Of a DNA stretch of 64,000 bases, positions 1 to 9,974 are shown in pieces (positions within the stretch are counted from its first letter, which is position 1; each line of letters starts with the position of its first letter). The translations under genes were made by a program, and so were the position numbers. The stretch is from Eledone cirrhosa (lineage: Eukaryota): NCBI GenBank assembly GCA_964016885.1, contig OZ024743.1:324446001-324510000 (forward strand). The letters run 5' to 3'. Under the pieces are notes generated by a model. The model was not told where the DNA came from and searched no databases. It was given only the letters and a program-made list of their open reading frames with translations.

Positions 1-120
1 GAGCATTATAATAAATGTTCGGTAAACCGATACGTGCATATATATATATATATATGCATGTATGTATATATATACATACTACTGTACGTCTGTATTCATA
101 TATGTATGTACGTATACATA

Positions 121-2066
121 TATAGCGAAGATACTGGGTTGTGTGAATGTAACAAGGAGACATAGTTTGTGTGTATAAGATTTAATCAACAATTTAACAG
201 TATAGTTGACATGTCAATGAATAAACGAAAGAATGAAGCAAAGTTAGTAGTTACCGTTTTGATTGCCAGGCAAACGCGAGACGCCTGGCGAAGGCCAGGC
301 GCCGGAAGGGCAAATGAGAGGGAGAGAGCCGAAGGCTATTCGTTTTATAGGGCTCTGCCGGAAGTTACAGAAAGGGTTCTACTTCCCGTCTAGATGTTGT
401 TAATCTATTGGGGTTGTGAGTCACAACAAGGGAGACAACCGCTACATAACCTCTCGCCAGAATTTTAGAATATAAAAATCGCATGAAATATGTAGCAAGT
501 TGGCGAGAATGTTGTAACAGGCATGAAAATTACAACAAAAGAATGTTTGCAAAAATCAATGATAGATATCAAGGTAGCCAACCGCTATTGGCCAGAGAAC
601 GACTGGACATCTATCTATCCATCACCCAAAGATACAATGTAATAAAGTAAGAGAAGAGCTCAAAGTTCAAATGTACAAAATATAGTTCACAGGTGTGCAA
701 TCACATGACAGCAGGAAAGAAAGTGTGTTCCAGAGAATGAATGCAGGTGGTTTCTGTTCTGTCGTATATCGTGAAATTTCCAACCTCCGAATGGATTTTC
801 TTACAGGAAGAGTGCTGCAAAAATAAATTCTCTGGCTTGTTCTGCTGGTTTTGGTTGTTGGTGAAGCTGTGTTGCTGTTGTTGTCTCGCTGAGTGAGCGT
901 ATTCGGTGTTTAAATTCACAGTAAAAACAAAAAAAATTTTTTTGGAAAAAATGAGTTGCGCAAAAGTGCTAGAAATAACAGCCGAAGTTGATGGTCGTTG
1001 TTGAGAATGCGTTGACCTGGAAGGGTCAAGAGGCCAGCGACCAAAGAAATAAGCATTCCGAATAAATGCGCAGTTTTCAACGGCAAATTTACGTGGTAAA
1101 TTTTTAAACCGGCAAATAGGAGAATATAGCTTAAGGCTGAAGAATCCTTGGCGAGAAACGTTATCTCTGGCGTGCGGCTATCTCTGTGAGTCGAGAATTT
1201 GTGCTGCCTACACGTGCCAATACAAGGTTAGGGTTAGGTTGAAAAAATAATATTTCTAACGTGCGAGAAAATGATAGTGCAAGTGTGAAAGTGACAATGA
1301 TGAAAAAGAAAGGCTTCACTTAGCATAAGTATTGGTGTGAACTTTGGAAAAAAAAAACTTGAACAATGAAGAAAACGATGAAAAAAAAGGCAATGGTTCA
1401 TCGAAAATAAATGTTCCTGTTGAAATGTTTTTTAAAAAAGATCAAATTTCTTTTTTGTTTTGAAAATGTTCGTTGTAAGAAACGAGAAACATATATATAT
1501 ATATCGTGAAATGCGACAGTTAGTTGATGCGTGAGAGAAAAAGTCTGTCTGTGCGAAAATTTCACATGTGCGTGGTGTGTTCATTTCCTTGAGTATTTTC
1601 ATAGTTTGTCAATAAATTTGCTGTGTATTCGTAATGTTACTCACACAACACCAGATTATGCTATTTTTTTTTTTTTTTTTCGGGGTGACCACTTATAGCG
1701 ATGAACGGCTGCGTGTTCGTATCACGTCAGGGTTACCAATATAGCGAAGATTTTTGGGTTGTGTGAATGTAACAAGGAGACATAGTTTGTGTGTATAAGA
1801 TTTAATCAACAATTTAACAGTATAGTTGACATGTCAATGAATAAACGAAAGAATGAAGCAAAGTTAGTAGTTACCGTTTTGATTGCCAGGCAAACGCGAG
1901 ACGCCTGGCGAAGGCCAGGCGCCGGAAGGGCAAATGAGAGAGAGAGAGCCGAAGGCTATTCGTTTTATAGGGCTCTGCCGGAAGTTACAGAAAGGGTTCT
2001 ACTTCCCGTCTAGATGTTGTTAATCTATTGGGGTTGTGAGTCACAACAAGGGAGACAACCGCTACA
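121..2066 (-). mobile_element. Non-autonomous Gypsy-like LTR retroelement (two ~326-bp LTRs, no intact gag/pol)
   Basis: Near-identical direct repeats 121-446 and 1740-2066; minus-strand termini TGTAGC...GCTATA; 4-bp TSD CATA (117-120, 2067-2070); tRNA-Trp-type PBS next to the 5' LTR; purine-rich TGGCGAGAGGTTA before the 3' LTR; internal 1.3 kb without a long ORF. Confidence 0.9.
1707..1738 (-). promoter_or_regulatory. Primer-binding site complementary to the tRNA-Trp 3' end
   Basis: Plus strand GGCTGCGTGTTCGTATCACGTCAGGGTTACCA resembles the 3' half of eukaryotic tRNA-Trp (..GCGTGTTCRAATCACGTCGGGGTCACCA) and ends 1 nt from the LTR. Confidence 0.8.
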
Positions 2067-2129
2067 CATACATACTTACATTTAAGTAACTGCCGTACGA
2101 AGAGTGAGAAATGAAATTTCGTTTCATTC

Positions 2130-2180
<51 letters not shown>

Positions 2181-2400
2181 AATTTAGCGAGAATCGCATT
2201 TCGGCGGGCGGGTAGAAATTAGCGAAACGCAACTTCCAGACAAGCGCTCCATGGATATGAAGAAGAAGATACCAGAGCTATAAACATAAGTTAAAAAGGT
2301 CATACACGCTGAGACGATGGTTAAGAAGCCATTAACCACCATAGCCAAAAAAGCGAACAAGCTAAACGGGTCAAACAAAATGAGATATGATTGAAATATT

Positions 2401-2439
<39 letters not shown>

Positions 2440-2490
2440 TGAGAGGGAGATAGGGATAGAGAGAAAAAAGAAGTCAGACAGAGTGGGAAA

Positions 2491-2614
<124 letters not shown>

Positions 2615-2618
2615 CGAG

Positions 2619-2650
<32 letters not shown>

Positions 2651-2974
2651 GATCATGAAGAAATATTTTTACCTAGGATATTTTCGTGTTTTCAACTAAT
2701 CCGACCTCCGACATGCTTGCAATCGCATTCTTTTCCGAAACGGAAATGTGGGACGTGGGGGGAAACCCTCAGATTTTCCCAGCCTCAGAGCTTTACAGAG
2801 GCGAGAAGGGAGGGGGGGGGGGGCACTCGGAGTTACAGATAAGCACCTCTCAACCGTTTTAATTTATAGAAAAGCAATTCCTTTATATTGAAGGATGGAT
2901 TTGGTCCTTCATCATTTTGTACTTTTGTGGAAAGCGTTGTAAGCTTCATTAGTTCTCTAATTTCTAAATCTACC

Positions 2975-4068
2975 ATTTCCATTGCCCCTCAAAACATCAC
3001 AGTGAATGCCATCAACAAAATCTCTCACAAATGATTCCTGGGGGTAACCAGACCTATAAATCTATCGATAAAGTTGTCGACAAGGACGAGGCTGTTCATT
3101 ATCTTGTTGAATTTCTCAACAATCTGGAATTGTCCAGTATACTGTCACACAACCTTGCATTGAAGAAGGGCACAGTCATCATGCTTCTCAGAAATCTGGA
3201 TCAGTCAGTATTGTGCAATGGGACGTGTATGGTTGTAACTGAACTATAGCCTCACATTATCAAAGCCAAAATCGTCACCGGATGTGGTAAGGGAGTCATT
3301 GTATCTATACCTAGAATGCCGTTAATACCAACAGATGTCCCTTTTTGTTTCAAATGATTGCAATGCCGCGTGAGAGTCAGTCACGCAATGACCATTAACG
3401 AGTCCCAAAGTCAAACCCTGCAGGTTGTCGGTCTCCATCAAGAAGGGGCTCACATGGTCAATTGTATGTAGGTTATTTCAAACTAGGAAGACTTCACAAA
3501 TTATTCATATATGCTAAAAAAAACAACAAAAAAATTTTAAACATTGTATATACCAGAGATGGAGAACCTGCAGCCTTGAGGCCGCTTGCTGCCTCCTATG
3601 CTATTCTGTGCGGCCTTTTGAAAGAATAAAAACATTTCCAACAAAATTTTTAATTTTTGTTAATATGTTTTGGTGTAACACTTATTATTTTAATTTAAAC
3701 CATAAGATATACGTATCTTAAATACCAAAGAGTACAATATAACTCAATGAAATAATTTACACTGACAGGCAGCCAGAATTGAAATATTAGTAGATCATAA
3801 GGTCGCCATGTTGCAACCAAATATCAAAATGCTTTCCAACAACAAGCAGTCACAACAAAGTCATTAAAAGGTAGTTAGCTTTAAATTTTCTTTGTTTCGT
3901 TTCTTAGATAATTAGTATATAGTAATTAGATTATTACAAAATAATGTAAATTTTAAGAATATATAATTAAGGTTTCTTGAATGCGGCCTTATTATTTTAC
4001 AAGTAACTTAATGCAGCCTTTCAACACGAAAAGGGTCCCTAACTCTGGTATGTATTGAAGTTCTGTAA
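2975..4068 (+). pseudogene. Helitron PIF1-like helicase C-terminal remnant
   Basis: Translation VEFLNNLE..HNLALKKGTVIMLLRNLD..LCNGT..IPRMPLIP..AMTINESQSQTL..HGQLYV..NIVY/TEVL* with stops and frameshifts; interrupted by a hAT derivative at 3554-4047. Confidence 0.85.
3554..4047 (+). mobile_element. hAT (Charlie/SPIN-like) deletion derivative / MITE
   Basis: Imperfect TIRs CAGAGATGGAGAACCT / AGGGTCCCTAACTCTG; imperfect 8-bp TSD gtatatac/gtatgtat; retains transposase C-terminus QPNIKMLSNNKQSQQSH*. Confidence 0.7.
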
Positions 4069-4496
4069 ATATTTTATAATTTTCGTAGAATACATTTTTC
4101 TATGTATAAGCAAGCATTGCACCAAGAAAAATATAAACGTAGGCGTGAAGGAGATTAGGAATTTATATATATATATATATACACACATATATATATATAC
4201 ACATATATATACATATTCATATTACATTTAACATTTTAAATGTCATGTTTGGGATAACCTCGAACCTGCCCCTTATCCCGAGCATTTAATCATTACAAAA
4301 TAGTGAATGACATATATACATATATATATATCTAATGATATACATGTACTATGGAACATATCAACTTAAACAGGAGATAATCTGTATTGAATGTTAGAAC
4401 ATTCCGGTATCATATTAAAATTTAACCAAAATTTAAAATATAGATACCTGATAAAAGGTATATTTTTTCTCCTTTATACGTATCCTTCAGAAATCG

Positions 4497-4556
4497 TGAA
4501 TACGTTTCACCAAAAATATATGTGCAGTTATATGATCGATCTGGATCGTCAGTATA
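4497..4556 (-). ncRNA. Degenerate hammerhead-like motif
   Basis: Minus strand CTGACGA-tcca...tggt-GAAA-CGTA; stem I pairs poorly. Confidence 0.35.
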
Positions 4557-4678
4557 GGAGAATCAATCCACCTGAACTTACACACGAAAAATACAGAACT
4601 GAGAACAGCGAAAGAAACACGGCGTTATAAAAAAATTCACCGTATACTATCACTGTCCCAGTGACATGAAACGGTTAA

Positions 4679-4781
4679 ATGTATGTATGTATGTATGTAT
4701 GTATGTATGTATGTATGTATGTATGTATGTATGTATGTATGTATGTATGTATGTATGTATGTATGTATGTATGTATGTATG
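4679..4781. repeat. (TATG)n microsatellite, 3' flank of LINE
   Basis: Direct reading. Confidence 0.95.
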
Positions 4782-6749
4782 TTATCTCTTTCTCTTAATT
4801 TCGAGTATAATGTTTTGACCGGCCACCTTCCTGGTGGCAAGGTTGTAAAAGAAAAGAAATTGTCATCCCTTGAATCGCAAGAATGTTTTGCAAATTTTGA
4901 AGGTGCCAGCTATCGCAGCCATTTGTAGACTATGAATTAGGGAGCTGCGCTTTTTGTCCGCAAATCCAAGTTCAGTCATACTTTGGTCCAAGCGGGTTGG
5001 TATATAACCCGTAGCTCCAATAATGATGGGTATGAACCTAAAGGTGTATCTTGGATACTGGATTTGCAAACTCCTCATCAATGGTTCGTAGATGTCCTCC
5101 TTCGCCTGTATTTTTCTGACAACGTTAACATCAAGTGGGCAGCTGATCTCCACAACAGAACACGTTTTCAATGTGTTTCCCAAACAACAATATCAGGCCG
5201 GTTGTGCTTTAATTTGGTGGCAGTTTTTATTTTCAGGTTCCACCAGTATTCCTTAGTGCCATCTGTCTCAATATATTCTTCCTCGTTTGTTGTTAATTTG
5301 GTTTTCCGAAGTGCGTTCCAGATGGTTCTAGCTATCCCATTGTGTCTCATGGGGAGGTAGTAGCGAGATGACATTCTTTCGCAGCTGGCAACAATGTGGC
5401 TTACATCCTCGATCTTTGTTTTACATAGCCTACATTTATTGTCAGCTGATGGCCCTCCCCTTTTGTGCAGCAGATATTTGGTAGGGAGTTCTTGTTCCTG
5501 TATTGCATAGAGATATCCCTCAAGGTGTGATGTCATAAACTTGTCGGAACTCCATGCCAGGCTTTTTGAGTGGTTTATCCCCTCTATGCTCTGTGTTTTA
5601 CGTCTCAAGTATCCATGCACAACTTTTTCTGTAAATTGGTCAATTTTTTCATCTTGTTTGAACATTGAATAGGATCTTCCGATTTCTCTGGGTGAGAGAT
5701 TTATATCAGGCTTTATTCCATATCTCTCCTCCAGATCAGTGGCTATTCTAATGATATTTTTTTTTCATGCTCATAAACCTGGGAAAGATGGTTGCCAACC
5801 TTTTTCCTCTGTTGAAGGTGTTGCTTCAGTGTTACTATCCGGGTCTCATATGATGTTAATATGGATTTAAACCCCGGCCACCTTCCTTGCGTGAGAAGTA
5901 TAGCCTATCCACATCACCATTGATGTTAAAGTTCCCAGTAACACTGAGAAGTTTGCGAGTTCTAACATCCATCTCACTTAGTTCTTGTAATGACCAGTTC
6001 AGCAGGCCAAATGTTGGCGTTAGAATTGGCACAGCATAAGTATTGTGGGCAATGTAATTGTTGTACGCTGACAGTTCTGATGACCATATTTTCTTTACTC
6101 TTCTGAGGTATTCAGTTCTGGTTCTCTCCTTATTTATGGGTCCATCATATCTGACATTCTCATCCTGTCCAAGATATCAGTAGTTGTCACCTGACTGTAG
6201 AGGTTGTATTGTCAGGCCGTTCCTCTATAGATTTCTAGAGGAGGGTACAGCTCTTCCACGTTTTACTGCCAAATATGCACACTTGGACTCACCAAATTTC
6301 ATTTTGATGTCGGTTGAAAATTGTGTAATGAGGTCCAATTGTTTCTTGATGTCATTGATATTTGGCCCATACAACTTCAGGTCATCAACAAAGAAAAGAT
6401 GGGAGATACTTCTGGACCCACTTCTTTGTCCACCTTGTTTCCTGAGTAGGTAAAATAGTGGATTTAGTGAGAGAACGAAGAGTAGCACTGACAAGCTATC
6501 ACCCTGAAATATGCTCTTCTGGTAATGTATCCTATCAGTCTTAACTTGCTCCTTCTCACCTCTAAGGATCAAATTGGTGTACCAGTTCTTGGCCAAGCGT
6601 TCAACAGCAGCTACCAGTGGTTGTGGGACTTTGGCTAACTGTAAAGCCTTAACAATCCACCCATGAGGTACACTATCAACTGCTTTTTGATAGTCCAGCC
6701 ACACCACAGTCATGTTTCTGCGATTCTTTGTAGTTTTTTTCTTGAATCA

Positions 6750-6750
<1 letters not shown>
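4782..6750 (-). mobile_element. 5'-truncated R4/Dong-like non-LTR retrotransposon (RT + CCHC + RLE), disrupted
   Basis: ORF pieces with WLDYQKAVDSVPH, IFQGDSLS, HLFFVDDLKLY (RT), CRLC..HIVASC (zinc knuckle), RPDIVV..VEISCP (restriction-like endonuclease); frameshifts; (TATG)n on both sides. Confidence 0.9.
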
Positions 6751-6780
<30 letters not shown>

Positions 6781-6829
6781 TGTATGTATGTATGTATGTA
6801 TGTATGTATGTATGTATGTATGTATGTGA

Positions 6830-6860
<31 letters not shown>

Positions 6861-6885
6861 TGTATGTATGTATGTATGTATGTAT
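6751..6885. repeat. (TATG)n microsatellite, 5' flank of LINE
   Basis: Direct reading. Confidence 0.95.
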
Positions 6886-7183
6886 ACACACATAGACTTA
6901 TATAAAACTCATATATCAAGGTTGGGTAGACGGTGTGGCGACAAGGATACATAAAAAGTGATCTGAGAAAGTGTGCCAATTGGAGCGGTATAACCAGGGC
7001 CGGACATAAGGCAGAAGAGTAATCTACTCGCGGCTCCTCAAGTACACACAAGAAAGAAAGTATACTTAACTCCTGATGGAGTCGTAAGAGCACTGTGCTG
7101 ATACACAGTGCGTGTCTTGGGCAGTTAGAACCTGGCGGAACCTATCCATCTCCACGTCAGAGCAGATCCAGAGAATAATAATA

Positions 7184-8555
7184 CAGGTGAGATGATAAAG
7201 GAAATTGACTCTGAGGAAGGATACAAGTATTTGGGCGTTCTGGAGGCTGATGGCATAAAGAACAAAAAAAATGAAGGAATTGTTAAGAACTGAATACATT
7301 CGGAGAGTAAGGAGCGTATTGAAGTCACATCTGAACAGCAGAAATGCCATAAGCGCAGTAAATTCCCGAGCTGTGTCTATTATTAGGTACAGTGCGGGAA
7401 TTCTGAGATGGAATGTTGCTGAACAAAAAGAAATGGATAGGAAGACTAGGAAGCTATTGACTATCTACAACATGTTCCACAAGAGGAGTGATGTCGATAG
7501 ACTCTACCTAAGGAGATCTGAGGGTGGAAGAGGTCTTATCAGCATAGAGGACTGTGTTCAGATGGAGAAAAACAACCTATACAAATACGTGACCTATAGT
7601 AAGGAGCCAATGCTCAGAGCTGTACTGAAGGAGGGGACAGTAGGCCAGGGGATATCCAAGGAGGAAATAACATCAAGGAGGAAGAGCAGCCTTAAGGGAA
7701 AATCCCTTCATAGTACCTTCTTTGAGAAAACTGAATTTAGAGATCCACAGACATGGAACTGGTTGAGAAGAGGAGACCTCAAAAAGGCTACAGAAGGAAT
7801 GCTAATGGCTGCGCAGGAGCAGGCCCTCAAAACGAAGTGGTTGAAGCACCATATCTACAAGGAGGAGGCTAGCCCACTGTGCAGGATCTGTGGAGAGAGA
7901 GAGGAGACTGTGGCTCACATTGTGTCCGAGTGTAAACACCTAGCCCAGACCCACTATAAGGGCTGGAGACACGATGTGATGGGCAGGGTGATCCACTGGC
8001 ACCTGTGCAAAGTAAACAATCTACCACATTCTGAGAAATGGTATGAGCATAGGCCAGAGGCGGTGATGGAGAACAGTCAGGTGAAGGTGCTGTGGGATTT
8101 TAGGATACAGACGGACAAAAAACTGGAACACAATAGACCTGACCTGGTGGTTGTGGACAAAGAAAAAAGATCGTGCCTGATTGTGGATGTGGCCTGCCCG
8201 TTCGACACGAGAGTGCAAGAGAAGGAGAGGGAGAAAATTAACCGATACCAGGACCTAAAGTGGGAGGTGAAAAGGATTTGGAACTGCCATGAAGTCAAAG
8301 TGATCCCGATTGTCATAGGCGCACTGGGGACTATCTCCAAAGGTTTCCAGGGATGGTTAAAGAAAATCGGCCCCTTCACGCTTTTTGGAACGCTTCAAAA
8401 GGCATGCTTGCTTGGAACGGCAAGAACCCTCCGATACGTCCTGAATATCTGAGGCTGCAGGTAGTGGCTTGATATTCAATCCAACGGACTTTCCAGTTAA
8501 CCAACATCAATGACTGAGATTCAAGGAATAACAATAACAATAATAATAATAATAA
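7184..8555 (+). mobile_element. 5'-truncated Dong/R4-like LINE with (TAA)n tail
   Basis: YKYLGV thumb motif then ORF 7271-8452; AATAATAATA at the 5' junction and (TAA)n/(GAA)n at the 3' end. Confidence 0.9.
7271..8452 (+). CDS. C-terminal part of RLE-type LINE polyprotein (393 aa)
   Basis: CRICGEREETVAHIVSEC zinc knuckle, RHD motif, RPDLVV..IVDVACPFD..KEREKINRY endonuclease motifs. Confidence 0.85.
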   Translation: MKELLRTEYIRRVRSVLKSHLNSRNAISAVNSRAVSIIRYSAGILRWNVAEQKEMDRKTRKLLTIYNMFHKRSDVDRLYLRRSEGGRGLISIEDCVQMEKNNLYKYVTYSKEPMLRAVLKEGTVGQGISKEEITSRRKSSLKGKSLHSTFFEKTEFRDPQTWNWLRRGDLKKATEGMLMAAQEQALKTKWLKHHIYKEEASPLCRICGEREETVAHIVSECKHLAQTHYKGWRHDVMGRVIHWHLCKVNNLPHSEKWYEHRPEAVMENSQVKVLWDFRIQTDKKLEHNRPDLVVVDKEKRSCLIVDVACPFDTRVQEKEREKINRYQDLKWEVKRIWNCHEVKVIPIVIGALGTISKGFQGWLKKIGPFTLFGTLQKACLLGTARTLRYVLNI

Positions 8556-8599
8556 GAAGAAGAAGAAGGATAGAGAGATAGATAGATAGATAGATAGAT

Positions 8600-8684
<85 letters not shown>

Positions 8685-9145
8685 ATGCTTACAAGTGAAA
8701 CTGACGAAGAGGAAGAATCAACCTCAGTACTGGACTGGAAAAAGAAGTTACCATCGGCCGCTATAATTCTGTTCAACGATGGATACCCATTGAAGCGTCT
8801 GTCTAGTTTATTGGTGTGGGTGGAGGTTGGTGTGGATACATTAGGGTGTGGCTTTATGTGGGTTGGTTTGGGTTGGTGTAGGTTGGTGTAGATTGGTGTG
8901 GGTTGTTGTGAGGGGTGGTACAAATATATTTGGAGTCAATGGTCAAAAGAGCTTAAGTGGTCCGCCTGTGACGTACTCAGAGTGAGGAGTTTGTGAGGTG
9001 ATTGGAAAAACATACTTGCTTCTTTTCCAGTTTTTAAGACTGGCAGTTTCAAGTTTGTAGACTGACTAGTATGAAAGTAGCTGTTAATCTGAAAAAACAT
9101 GTTCCTTGGTTTGTGGAAATGGAAGGGGAAACCTATAAATATATG

Positions 9146-9317
<172 letters not shown>

Positions 9318-9974
9318 CTATATATATATATATATATAGATACTGACACACACATACTTGTGGCTATATATACATATAAGTATCTGGAAAACCTACATAC
9401 ACATATGTACACGTTTGTTCAGTCACGTACAGTTATTCACACACACACACGCACATACACACAGTGTATGTATATATATATGTTTATAAACAAATAGTTG
9501 AATAAGTGTATTTATAAGACGGATAAGAAAATATGAGTGTGTGCGTGTGTGTGTGTGCGTGTGTGTGTGTGCGTGTGTGTGTGTGCGTGTGTGTGTGTGC
9601 GTGTGTGTGTGTGCGTGTGTGTGTGTTTAAGGTAAACTTAATGTAGATATAACTACAGTTTTTGAATTAGTAAACGCTTCTAACTATCCCTCTGTACCAG
9701 CGTTTCTCAACCTTTTTACCCTTGCGTAACCCTTAAAATAAATTACATGTCTCAAGAAACCCCTGCGCAAAAACAAAATTATATATCATATCTTTCTCAT
9801 TTTATTTTCATCGTAGTTCACGTGGTAAATATCATAGTATATATTTTTGAATAACTGTTTAATAATAATAAATAATAATGAAATTATTGTGTAAAGTGCT
9901 CAGGTGCACTACAACTCGTCAATATAGTACATAGAATAATACACAAATGCCAGGGAAGTACATGTTTGTATGTG

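Noticed and set aside
169-393. 74-aa ORF duplicated at 1789-2013
   Set aside because: Lies within the LTRs, antisense to the element, GTG start, no motif.
1226-1240. GGTTAGGGTTAGG telomere-like motif
   Set aside because: Only two units; not a telomeric array.
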